From assembly GCA_019428905.1 (NCBI GenBank), contig JAHYJN010000002.1:14071-78070 (forward strand): a stretch of DNA of 64,000 nt, given 5' to 3'. This stretch comes from Candidatus Brevefilum sp. Lineage in GTDB: Bacteria > Chloroflexota > Anaerolineae > Anaerolineales > Anaerolineaceae. The stretch's first letter is position 1, and every line of letters starts with the position of its first letter. Positions 9,818 through 18,140 of the stretch are shown here, piece after piece. The translations under genes and the position numbers were made by a program. Below the pieces are notes generated by a model. The model ran no database searches. It saw nothing but the letters and a program-made list of their open reading frames with translations, and was not told where the DNA came from.

Positions 9818-11125
9818 ATGAAAAAATTGATACTGAGTTTAGTGTTCATCTCGCTGATCGTACTAGCGGCATGCCAGCCAGGAGAAACCATCGTCGATAA
9901 CGGCAATGGTGAAAAAACCGTTGGTTTCATCAAAAGCGAGCTGGCGCGGGAAATCAACCCTGCCGTTGATGAGGCACAAGTGCAATCCCTGGCTCAAGCC
10001 AATACTGCATTCGCATTGGAATTCTTTAACCAAATCAGGGATACAGACGGGAACATCATCTTTTCACCGTTCAGCCTGTCCCTCGCTTTGAGCATGACAT
10101 TGGCTGGTGCTGAAACTTCGACACGGGAAGGAATGCTGGACGCGTTGCAGATGACCCTGCCTGAAAACGAGGTCCATGGCGCGTTCAATGCCTTGTTGTT
10201 AGCCATTGAAGCATCCCAAGAGCTCGGCCAGGATGAGATGGAGGGCGATCAATTCCAGCTCAATATTGCAAATTCGATCTGGGGGCAGTCGGATTACAGC
10301 TTTAAAGCCGACTTCCTGGATATCCTAGCCCAGCATTACGGTGCTGGGGTTTACAGCGTCGATTACAGGCAAAATCCAGAAGGCGCACGCAATGCAATCA
10401 ATAAGTGGGTAGCTGAGGAGACGGAAGAAAAAATTGAAGATTTGATCCCCGCAGGCGCCATAGATCCACTAACCCGGCTCGTACTGGCAAATGCGATTTA
10501 CTTCAACGGCTCATGGCTGCACCCTTTCAGCCAAAATGCAACCGCTCAAGCGCCTTTCTACGCTTTAGACGGTTCGGAAATATCTGTTGAAATGATGAAG
10601 CTTTATGGTGAACGTTTCTTATATCACCAGGGGCAAAACTACCAGGCATTGAATTTACCTTACCTCAGCAGCGATTTCGTGATGACCCTGCTGGTACCCG
10701 ATGCGGACGCTTATGAAGACTTTGAAGCCTCTCTCACCCTGGAAGACTTATCGGAGATCCTGTCGGGGATGTCCTTCGAGCGTGTCGACTTGGAAATGCC
10801 TAAGTTTGATTTTGAGTCAAGTGTCGACGCCAACGATCCCTTAATTGCCCTGGGCATGGGTGACGCATTTGACCCAGATCGAGCGGATTTTTCGGGCATC
10901 ACCGAGGAAGAAGAGCTGATGATCACCGATGTTCTGCACAAAGCGACCATCACCGTTGATGAAGAAGGCACAGAAGCTGCAGCAGCTACGGCTGTGATCA
11001 TCGGTGTCACCTCGGCCATGCCAGAAGAACCCATTTCATTAGTGATTGATCGACCGTTTATGTTCATGATCAGGCACCTACGCACAAACACAATCCTCTT
11101 CATGGGACGAGTCGTTCAACCTTGA
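9818..11125 (+). CDS. Serpin, lipoprotein-type signal peptide, paralog 2
   Basis: Same architecture as 8315-9619 and colinear with it, with high identity by eye. Lipobox VLAAC. Hinge and loop EEGTEAAAATAVIIGVTSAMPEEP. RBS GGAGG. Confidence 0.9.
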   Translation: MKKLILSLVFISLIVLAACQPGETIVDNGNGEKTVGFIKSELAREINPAVDEAQVQSLAQANTAFALEFFNQIRDTDGNIIFSPFSLSLALSMTLAGAETSTREGMLDALQMTLPENEVHGAFNALLLAIEASQELGQDEMEGDQFQLNIANSIWGQSDYSFKADFLDILAQHYGAGVYSVDYRQNPEGARNAINKWVAEETEEKIEDLIPAGAIDPLTRLVLANAIYFNGSWLHPFSQNATAQAPFYALDGSEISVEMMKLYGERFLYHQGQNYQALNLPYLSSDFVMTLLVPDADAYEDFEASLTLEDLSEILSGMSFERVDLEMPKFDFESSVDANDPLIALGMGDAFDPDRADFSGITEEEELMITDVLHKATITVDEEGTEAAAATAVIIGVTSAMPEEPISLVIDRPFMFMIRHLRTNTILFMGRVVQP

Positions 11126-11140
11126 AAATAAAAATAACTT

Positions 11141-11178
11141 AAATAAAAAAGGCTGCCGATGCATGGCAGCCTTCTTTG
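11141..11178. terminator. Bidirectional intrinsic terminator between convergent serpin 2 and the response regulator
   Basis: AAGGCTGCC-(7 nt)-GGCAGCCTT with an A-run on one side and a T-rich tract on the other. On the minus strand the hairpin is followed by TTTTTTATTT. Confidence 0.75.
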
Positions 11179-11958
11179 TTATTGGATGATTACTGGCATC
11201 GTCAATAAATGATACGCCAGCGTTTCCATATCCCTTGCTTTTTTTGATGTCCCCAATTGGTCGATGATGTCATCAAATTTCTTCCTGATGATTGCGCTTT
11301 CGCCGATATAGTCAAACAAGTCCACTTCACCAGAGATGATTTCCGTAAGCCCCATCTTTTTGTATAATTCGCTGACCAACCCATAACTCCACTGCTCTGT
11401 GATTCGTAATTCATCTGCTAAATCACGCCTTCCCACACTAAAAATAAAAGCCATGCGTGCCACTTCAGCCTCATGATCCGTAAACCCAGGGATGTTTTTG
11501 CGTCCGTCCAATACGAGCGCTTTGGGTGGTAATTTGAGCATAACATTTCGAACACCAGGGGTTAAGACCCAATAGCCGTCATAAACAAAAGTAATCACCC
11601 AGCTCAATGAATACCCAATCTCACCCTTCAGAATGTAGCCGTGCACACGGTCATCATGGATTTCGCGGATGATTTTTGGGTCTGGCTCGATTCCCGTAAG
11701 CAGAATTTTGGCCGACTGGTTATTTGAGGCTAGGATCTGGCAGATTTCTTGAATGGTGAAGAATTCTCCAAACAGGTCAACATCTAGGATCAAGACATCA
11801 ATCTTGGGTGGAGAATTCTCTAAGAATGCACACAGGTCAGTCCGAGTTGAAAACTCACCGATAACTCGCGTGCGCCAATCGCGCACCATCAGCAGTGCCA
11901 TCCAGTTGCGGGAAAAAACATCATCCTCAAGGATGGCGACCAGTATATCCTTCGTCAA
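11179..11958 (-). CDS. NarL/LuxR-type response regulator (REC plus degenerate LuxR HTH) with a C-terminal extension of about 50 aa. No cognate kinase is adjacent.
   Basis: REC signatures are present: EDD acidic pocket, LILDVDL phospho-acceptor region, ILLTG and YILKG. The HTH-like segment is FTDHEAEVARMAF..RRDLADELRITEQWSYGLVSELYKKMGL. TTG start 15 nt downstream of the mscL stop. Confidence 0.6.
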   Translation of the reverse strand: MTKDILVAILEDDVFSRNWMALLMVRDWRTRVIGEFSTRTDLCAFLENSPPKIDVLILDVDLFGEFFTIQEICQILASNNQSAKILLTGIEPDPKIIREIHDDRVHGYILKGEIGYSLSWVITFVYDGYWVLTPGVRNVMLKLPPKALVLDGRKNIPGFTDHEAEVARMAFIFSVGRRDLADELRITEQWSYGLVSELYKKMGLTEIISGEVDLFDYIGESAIIRKKFDDIIDQLGTSKKARDMETLAYHLLTMPVIIQ

Positions 11959-11973
11959 TCTCAGCCTTTCTTG

Positions 11974-12432
11974 TTACTCAAGTTGCGAGGTGCAAAAAGG
12001 ACATCGGGTGGCTTTGATGGGGATGCTTTTCAGACAATATGGGCAATCTTTTTCTGTTGGCGCTGTTGGTTCTTCTGGCTTTTGTTTGAGTTTATTAATC
12101 GCTTTGATGATCAGGAATACGCCGAATCCCAACAGGATGAAACTGACAATATCTGTCAGAAACTGACCGTAATTAAAGGTTACTGCACCTAATTCTTTTG
12201 CCATGGCAAGCGTTGCATTGGGGGGGAGCGCTTGTTCGCCTTGCCTTAGTACGATAAATAAATCCTGAAAATTCACTCTGCCTAATAAAAGCCCTAAGGG
12301 CGGCATCAGGAGGTTCTCAACGATCGAGTTGACGACAACACTGAAAGCAGATCCGATGATGATGCCAATCGCAAGATCCATGGCATTCCCCTTAATGATG
12401 AAATCTTTAAATTCATCGAATATTTTTTTCAT
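11974..12432 (-). CDS. mscL: Large-conductance mechanosensitive channel MscL with a C-terminal CxxC..CxxC tail
   Basis: MKKIFDEFKDFIIKGNAMDLAIGIIIGSAF is the canonical MscL N-terminus, and there are two TM segments. The ATG at 12432 has AAGGTG upstream. The tail is CPYC-x11-CPFC. Confidence 0.85.
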   Translation of the reverse strand: MKKIFDEFKDFIIKGNAMDLAIGIIIGSAFSVVVNSIVENLLMPPLGLLLGRVNFQDLFIVLRQGEQALPPNATLAMAKELGAVTFNYGQFLTDIVSFILLGFGVFLIIKAINKLKQKPEEPTAPTEKDCPYCLKSIPIKATRCPFCTSQLE

Positions 12433-12564
12433 GGTTATACTTAACACCTTTCTGATGTCTGTACCATCATTGATGAATTAATGATTATAATTATTATCTG
12501 AGTTATATTATAATATCAATTTGGTCAGAGCAATTATGAGGTTTATTTATCAAGGAGAGGAACA

Positions 12565-13533
12565 ATGAAACATGTTGCGGTTTTGACAAGCGGCGGCGAC
12601 GCCCCTGGGATGAATGCAGCAATTAGGGCTGTTGTTCGGTGTGGGGTTTCAAAAGGATGGAGCATGTTTGGTGTCTACAACGGCTATGCCGGACTGATCT
12701 CAGGCAATATTCGTCCGATGGGTACGCGGGATGTGGGCGGCATCCTCAACAAAGGCGGCACCATCCTTGGATCTGCGCGCTGCCAAGAATTCTACACCGA
12801 TGCTGGTCGGCTGAAAGCAATCCGCACATTACGTCAAATTGGGATTGATGCTCTGGTTGTAATCGGCGGCAATGGGTCGCAGACGGGGAGTTATGAATTA
12901 CATAAATTGGGGTTTCCAGTAGTCGGAATCGCCTCAACCATTGACAATGATCTATGCGGCACCGAAATTACCATCGGTGTCGATACCGCACTGAACATCG
13001 CCCTAGAGGCAATAGACCGGCTGAAAGTCACCGCTTCATCTCACCAGAGAGCGTTCCTGCTTGAAGTGATGGGGCGGAAATGCGGGTACATTGCCCTAAT
13101 GGCTGGTATTGCTGGTGGCGCTGAGTACATCCTCATCCCGGAAGTCGAGACGGATCCTGAAGAAGTTGCCGAAACCCTTGATTTAGCTTACCAGCATGGT
13201 AAGGAACATGCAATAATTGTTGTGGCTGAAGGTGCTAAGTACAACGCAGAAGCCCTGATCAATTATTTTGAAAAGCACAGAGACCGGTTGGGATTTAAAA
13301 TTCGCGCAACGATCTTGGGGCATGTCCAGCGTGGTGGGAACCCAGGTGCTTTTGACCGCATTCTGGCCAGCCGCTTTGGGAATGGTGCAATTGAAGCGAT
13401 CGATCGCGAGGATTACGGTGTGTTGGTTGGTTTAAACAAAAGTGCAATTACCACCACGCCATTAGAGGAAGTGGTTGGAAAGACCAAAGAAATTTCAATG
13501 GATATGGTCAAGCTAGCGCGTGCCCTCGATTGA
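12565..13533 (+). CDS. pfkA: 6-phosphofructokinase
   Basis: TSGGDAPGMNAA, IGGNGS, TIDNDL and MGR motifs. RBS AAGGAGAGG. Confidence 0.9.
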   Translation: MKHVAVLTSGGDAPGMNAAIRAVVRCGVSKGWSMFGVYNGYAGLISGNIRPMGTRDVGGILNKGGTILGSARCQEFYTDAGRLKAIRTLRQIGIDALVVIGGNGSQTGSYELHKLGFPVVGIASTIDNDLCGTEITIGVDTALNIALEAIDRLKVTASSHQRAFLLEVMGRKCGYIALMAGIAGGAEYILIPEVETDPEEVAETLDLAYQHGKEHAIIVVAEGAKYNAEALINYFEKHRDRLGFKIRATILGHVQRGGNPGAFDRILASRFGNGAIEAIDREDYGVLVGLNKSAITTTPLEEVVGKTKEISMDMVKLARALD

Positions 13534-13537
13534 ACAC

Positions 13538-14624
13538 TCAATCTGATTTGCGCAAAAAAGCTTCGATAAACGGGTCCAATTCCCCATCCAACACTGCTTG
13601 GGTATTGCCCATCTCAAAATCCGTACGGTGATCTTTTACCAGCTGGTAAGGGTGTAGTACGTACGAGCGAATCTGCGAACCCCACTCTGCTTTGGTGTAT
13701 TCTCCTCGCAGCTCTGAAATTTTTTCATCCTGTTCGGCTTGTTTGATCTCCAAAAGGCGCGCCTTAAGCACACGCATGGCGTTCTCCCTGTTTTGCATCT
13801 GAGAGCGCTCATTTTGGCAGGTTACAACCATTCCCGTAGGGATATGGGTCAGGCGGACCGCAGTGGAATTTTTCTGCACGCTTTGTCCACCAGCGCCAGA
13901 AGATTTAAACACGTCAATTTTGATATCTTCTGCGGGTACCTGGATCTCATCCATATCATCCATTTCAGGCAAGACTTCAACCAGTGCAAACGAGGTATGT
14001 CGACGATGCGCCGCATCAAATGGTGACAATCGCACCAGCCTGTGCACGCCTTTTTCCGGACGTAAATATCCATAAGCAAGGTTACCGCGCACGCTGATCG
14101 TTGCACTTTTAATTCCTGCTTCTTCACCGTCGGTGCGATCGAGAATATCGGTTTGGTAGTTATGCCTTTCAGCCCAGCGTAAATACATGCGCTCAAGCAT
14201 CTCAGCCCAATCTTGCGAATCCGTCCCCCCCGCACCTGCATGAATGGCTAATAAGGCATTTCCTCGGTCATATTTACCAGAAAGAAGGGTGTTTAATTCC
14301 AGACGATCAACTTGGATTTCTATCTTGACCGTTTCGCGCTCAAGCTCACTTACCATCGAATCCTCTGCGATGTCGAGCATTTCAAGCGTGTCTTCTGTTC
14401 GCTTCCTGAGTTCTTCGTAGGCTGCAATCTCACTGCGGAGATCCGCCTGCCGGATCATGATGTTTTGGGCGCGTTCCCGGTTATCCCACAAATTTGGGTT
14501 TTGTGCCTCTATTTCCAAACGAGCAAGATCTGATTTCTTTTGAACTAAGTCAAAGATGCTCCTGTAAGTTCAGTAATTTGTCATGAGCCTCCGTCAGACG
14601 TATTTTTAAGTTTTCAATGGTCAT
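13538..14624 (-). CDS. prfB: Peptide chain release factor 2, needing a programmed +1 frameshift
   Basis: SPF and GGQ motifs lie in the long ORF (13538-14518). The true N-terminus, MTIENLKIRLTEAHDKLLNLQEHL, starts at ATG 14624 in another frame and ends at an in-frame TGA within CTT TGA C. Confidence 0.9.
14549..14563 (-). other. prfB: prfB programmed +1 ribosomal frameshift site
   Basis: The minus strand reads cAGGAGcatCTTTGAC: an internal SD-like AGGAG 3 nt upstream of the CTT-TGA-C slippery/stop context. A +1 shift gives ...L DLVQKKSDLARLEIEAQNPNLW, which is continuous with the main ORF. Confidence 0.9.
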
Positions 14625-14635
14625 TCGAACTCCTT

Positions 14636-15547
14636 TTAACCTTCAATAATGCCTTCAACAAATGCTGCTCGGTCAAACACCTGCAGATCTTCAATACTTT
14701 CACCCAAACCAGCGTATAAAATGGGCAACCCCAGCTGCGCCTGGATGGCAAACGCCATACCACCTTTGGCCGAAGAATCCAGTTTGGCTAAGATCACCCC
14801 GTTGATTTTAACCGCCTCCTGGAAGGCTTTTGCTTGTTGGAGGGCATTTTGTCCTGTGGTCGCGTCTAAAACCAGCCAGGTGGCGTGTGGTGCCCCTGGG
14901 AGGGCCTTGCCGCTCACACGGTGCACCTTCTTGATCTCTTCCATCAAGTTATAACGTGTATGCAGGCGCCCCGCAGTATCAATGATCACGATGTCTTTAT
15001 TACGAGCAATGGCAGCCGTGATCCCGTCATAAGCAGCAGCGCCTGGGTCACCGCCAGGTTGTCCAGCGATCATTGGCACGTCAGCGCGTTCTGCCCAGAT
15101 TTTGAGTTGATCAATAGCCGCCGCCCGATAGGTGTCGGCCGCGACCAGTAATGTCGACTTACCTTCATCAATAAAAAGCCGGGCAAGTTTCGCCGCCGAT
15201 GTCGTTTTTCCAGAGCCGTTGACCCCCACCAGAATAATTACCGTTGGATGCACTGCGAAATCAAGGAGCTCTGGTTCTGCCAATCGTTTGATTAACTCTT
15301 CCTTCAACGCTTTGATCAGTTCTTCCGTCTGAGTCAAGCCCTGCTCATTGACGGTTTTCTGCAGGGCGTCAATTACTGCCAGGGTGGCATCCATCCCCAA
15401 ATCAGCTTGGATCAACAATGCTTCCAGATCCTCCCAGGTCTCCTCATTCAGCTCGGAGGTCCCTAAGAAGTTTGCGATCCGCCCAAATGTTACCTTTCGC
15501 GTTTTTTCAAGTCCTGCACGCCATTTATTAAATATATTATCGCTCAT
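14636..15547 (-). CDS. ftsY: Signal recognition particle receptor FtsY (short form, NG domain only)
   Basis: GVNGSGKTT, DTAGR and AKLD GTPase motifs, with an N-domain helical bundle. Confidence 0.9.
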   Translation of the reverse strand: MSDNIFNKWRAGLEKTRKVTFGRIANFLGTSELNEETWEDLEALLIQADLGMDATLAVIDALQKTVNEQGLTQTEELIKALKEELIKRLAEPELLDFAVHPTVIILVGVNGSGKTTSAAKLARLFIDEGKSTLLVAADTYRAAAIDQLKIWAERADVPMIAGQPGGDPGAAAYDGITAAIARNKDIVIIDTAGRLHTRYNLMEEIKKVHRVSGKALPGAPHATWLVLDATTGQNALQQAKAFQEAVKINGVILAKLDSSAKGGMAFAIQAQLGLPILYAGLGESIEDLQVFDRAAFVEGIIEG

Positions 15548-15573
15548 CTCGGTCCGATTATATCATTTGCTGT

Positions 15574-16629
15574 TTATGAAAGGTCTGATTTGCTTTCAGC
15601 CGCCAGCTGCCCGCATCCTGCCCCAATTTCGATCCCGCGGCGGAGGCGCACCGTGCAGGGAATGCCGTTTCTTTCTAAAACATCATAAAAAGCACGGACT
15701 TGATCTGCCTGCGTTCCAGGTTTGTCGTAACCCTGGGTGGGATTTAACGGGATTAGATTAACATGACACAACATCCCTTTGATCTTTTGCACCAATGCAG
15801 CGGCATCTTCAATAGAATCATTGACGCCATCGATCAAGGCATATTCAAAGGTCACACGGCGGTTGGTTTGCCGGATGTAATAACGGCATGCGTCTAACAC
15901 CAGAGACACCGGGTATTTCCTGTTAATCGGCAACAACTCTGATCTCAGCTCATCTTGTACTGTGTGCAAACTGATCGCCAAGTTAACTTGTGAGTTCTCG
16001 TCAGCGAATTGTTTGATCCGGGGTACAACACCGACCGTGCTGACAGTCATCCGCCGTGCGCCTAATCCAAATCCATCTGGGTCGTTGAGCCGTGAGATAG
16101 CCGCCATCACCTGGTCATAATTCAAAAAAGGCTCTCCCATGCCCATCACAACCACATTTGTCACGCGCTCGTCTTTCTCAGCCAGGTAACGGGCAAAATA
16201 CAAAACCTGTGCAACAATTTCACCTTGGCTCAAATTCCGATTAAAGCCCATCTGACCAGTTGCACAGAAGGTACAGCTTAAGCTGCAGCCCGATTGTGAG
16301 GAGATACACACAGTCCGGCGATCCTCGTAGACCATTAAAACGGTTTCAATCAAAACGCCGTCATGTAATGCGAATAAGGTCTTTTGGGTTAAACCATCCT
16401 GTGAAATGACGGTTCTGACTGTTCTTAATGGATTTATATTGAAGATTTCCGTCAGCTTGTTCCGTAAGGACTTAGATAAGGTGCTGATCTCGTCAACATC
16501 ATTTTTGTAATTTTGGTAGAGTGCTGTCCAAATCTGTTTAGCCCGAAAGCGCGGCTCACCCATGGACAACACTTGTTGTTCAAGTTCAGCGTATGTCAAA
16601 TCGTGAATCAATTTTTCTTGAACGCTCAT
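15574..16629 (-). CDS. rlmN: 23S rRNA/tRNA (adenine-C2)-methyltransferase RlmN (radical SAM)
   Basis: CSLSCTFCATG radical-SAM CxxxCxxC motif, GMGEP, and a C-terminal GAGCGQL catalytic Cys. Confidence 0.9.
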   Translation of the reverse strand: MSVQEKLIHDLTYAELEQQVLSMGEPRFRAKQIWTALYQNYKNDVDEISTLSKSLRNKLTEIFNINPLRTVRTVISQDGLTQKTLFALHDGVLIETVLMVYEDRRTVCISSQSGCSLSCTFCATGQMGFNRNLSQGEIVAQVLYFARYLAEKDERVTNVVVMGMGEPFLNYDQVMAAISRLNDPDGFGLGARRMTVSTVGVVPRIKQFADENSQVNLAISLHTVQDELRSELLPINRKYPVSLVLDACRYYIRQTNRRVTFEYALIDGVNDSIEDAAALVQKIKGMLCHVNLIPLNPTQGYDKPGTQADQVRAFYDVLERNGIPCTVRLRRGIEIGAGCGQLAAESKSDLS

Positions 16630-17420
16630 TAAAAAACCAATTCCGTTAAATCTTGGGCGATGATATCTGGTTTGGGATGAAAATCACGTAAATCCGCATC
16701 TGTTGAGGCTCCGCTCAATACCAGCGCGGTGTGGATGCCTGCTGCCTGCGCACCAAGAATATCCGTTTCCAAACGATCGCCAATTGCCAGGGTATCATCA
16801 GCGCATAAATTGAGCCTGCCCAGAGCCATCTCATACAGGGCCGGTTCTGGCTTGCCGATTATCTTTGCTTTCTTTCCAGATGCAATCTCTAATGCACCGA
16901 TCACGGTTCCTGCACCTGGGATCAATCCAACGGGTGTCGGTAAAGTAACATCAGGGTTGGTCCCGATAAAATCACTGCCAGATTGGATCATCAAAGATGC
17001 TCGCTTGAGCTTTTCATAGGTCAGACCGTAATCCAACGATGCCACGACAACATCTGCATCAAGAACGTCATCAGAAACCACCCGCATACCGTAGTCAGAC
17101 AATGTCTTTTTCAGGCTGGCTTCGCCCACAACGTACACACGAGCGCCTTCAGGATACTTTTCTTGCAGGTAACGCCCGACAGCTTGGGCGGCATTGATAA
17201 TTTGCCACTCTTCCAGCTGGACACCAAACCCTCGCAGTTTATTATGGTAATCATCGATGTTACGCGTGTTGTTATTCGTGGCAAGGATCACCTTGTACCC
17301 ATAATCGTGAAGCTGCGAAAAAATGGCAGGTAAATCACCCAACGGCTCATGATCGTGCCAGAGCACGCCATCCATATCGATGATCAGCCCCCGGATATTT
17401 GGTAACCGTTCAGAAATCAT
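16629..17420 (-). CDS. HAD-IIA family hydrolase (NagD-like sugar/pyridoxal phosphatase)
   Basis: IIDMDGVLW (DxDG), ATNN and GDRLETDI motifs. Its stop overlaps the rlmN start by 1 nt. Confidence 0.8.
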   Translation of the reverse strand: MISERLPNIRGLIIDMDGVLWHDHEPLGDLPAIFSQLHDYGYKVILATNNNTRNIDDYHNKLRGFGVQLEEWQIINAAQAVGRYLQEKYPEGARVYVVGEASLKKTLSDYGMRVVSDDVLDADVVVASLDYGLTYEKLKRASLMIQSGSDFIGTNPDVTLPTPVGLIPGAGTVIGALEIASGKKAKIIGKPEPALYEMALGRLNLCADDTLAIGDRLETDILGAQAAGIHTALVLSGASTDADLRDFHPKPDIIAQDLTELVF

Positions 17421-17490
17421 TTTGTCTCCTGTTAAAAAATGCCGGAAGGCTGAGGGCTTTCCGGCACCATATCATCTCCGCAGTCTGACG

Positions 17491-18096
17491 TTATTTTTCC
17501 GGTGGTTCAAGAACTTTATCGACCAACCCATATTCCACAGCTTGTTTTGCGCTCATGTAAAAGTCGCGTTCGGTGTCGTGGATAATCGTTTCAACATCCT
17601 GGCCGGTGGCTTCCGCTAAAATAAGATTGAGGCGGTCTTTTAATCGCAATATCTCTTTGGCTTGGATTTCGATATCTGATGCTTGGCCTTGGGCGCCGCC
17701 CAGGGGTTGATGCATGTGGATGGTTGCATGGGGCAGCGCATATCTCTGACCTTTCGTACCAGCCGCCAGTAAAACCGTGCCAAAACTCGCTGCTACGCCA
17801 ACTGCCACAGTGCTGATCTTGTTGGGGATCATGCGCATCGTGTCATAAATTGCCATGCCTGCATAGACCTGGCCGCCGGGGGAGTTAATGTACATTTGAA
17901 TGCCGCTATCCGGGTCTTCCCGGCTTAAGTACAGTAATTGTGCGACAACAAGGTTTGCTACCTGGTCATTAATGGCCGTCCCAAGAAATACAATCCGGTT
18001 TTTAAGCAGCAATGAGTAAATGTCATAGGCACGTTCCCCAGCCCCTGAGGTTTCCACAACCATTGGAATGAGGGAGTTAATATCTTGATGGTTCAT
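17491..18096 (-). CDS. clpP: ATP-dependent Clp protease proteolytic subunit
   Basis: [27 protein letters not shown] (Ser) and IHMHQP (His) motifs. Confidence 0.95.
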   Translation of the reverse strand: MNHQDINSLIPMVVETSGAGERAYDIYSLLLKNRIVFLGTAINDQVANLVVAQLLYLSREDPDSGIQMYINSPGGQVYAGMAIYDTMRMIPNKISTVAVGVAASFGTVLLAAGTKGQRYALPHATIHMHQPLGGAQGQASDIEIQAKEILRLKDRLNLILAEATGQDVETIIHDTERDFYMSAKQAVEYGLVDKVLEPPEK

Positions 18097-18140
18097 ATTT
18101 ACCTTCTTACCTTAATTAATTAAAATAGTGTCCAAAATTT

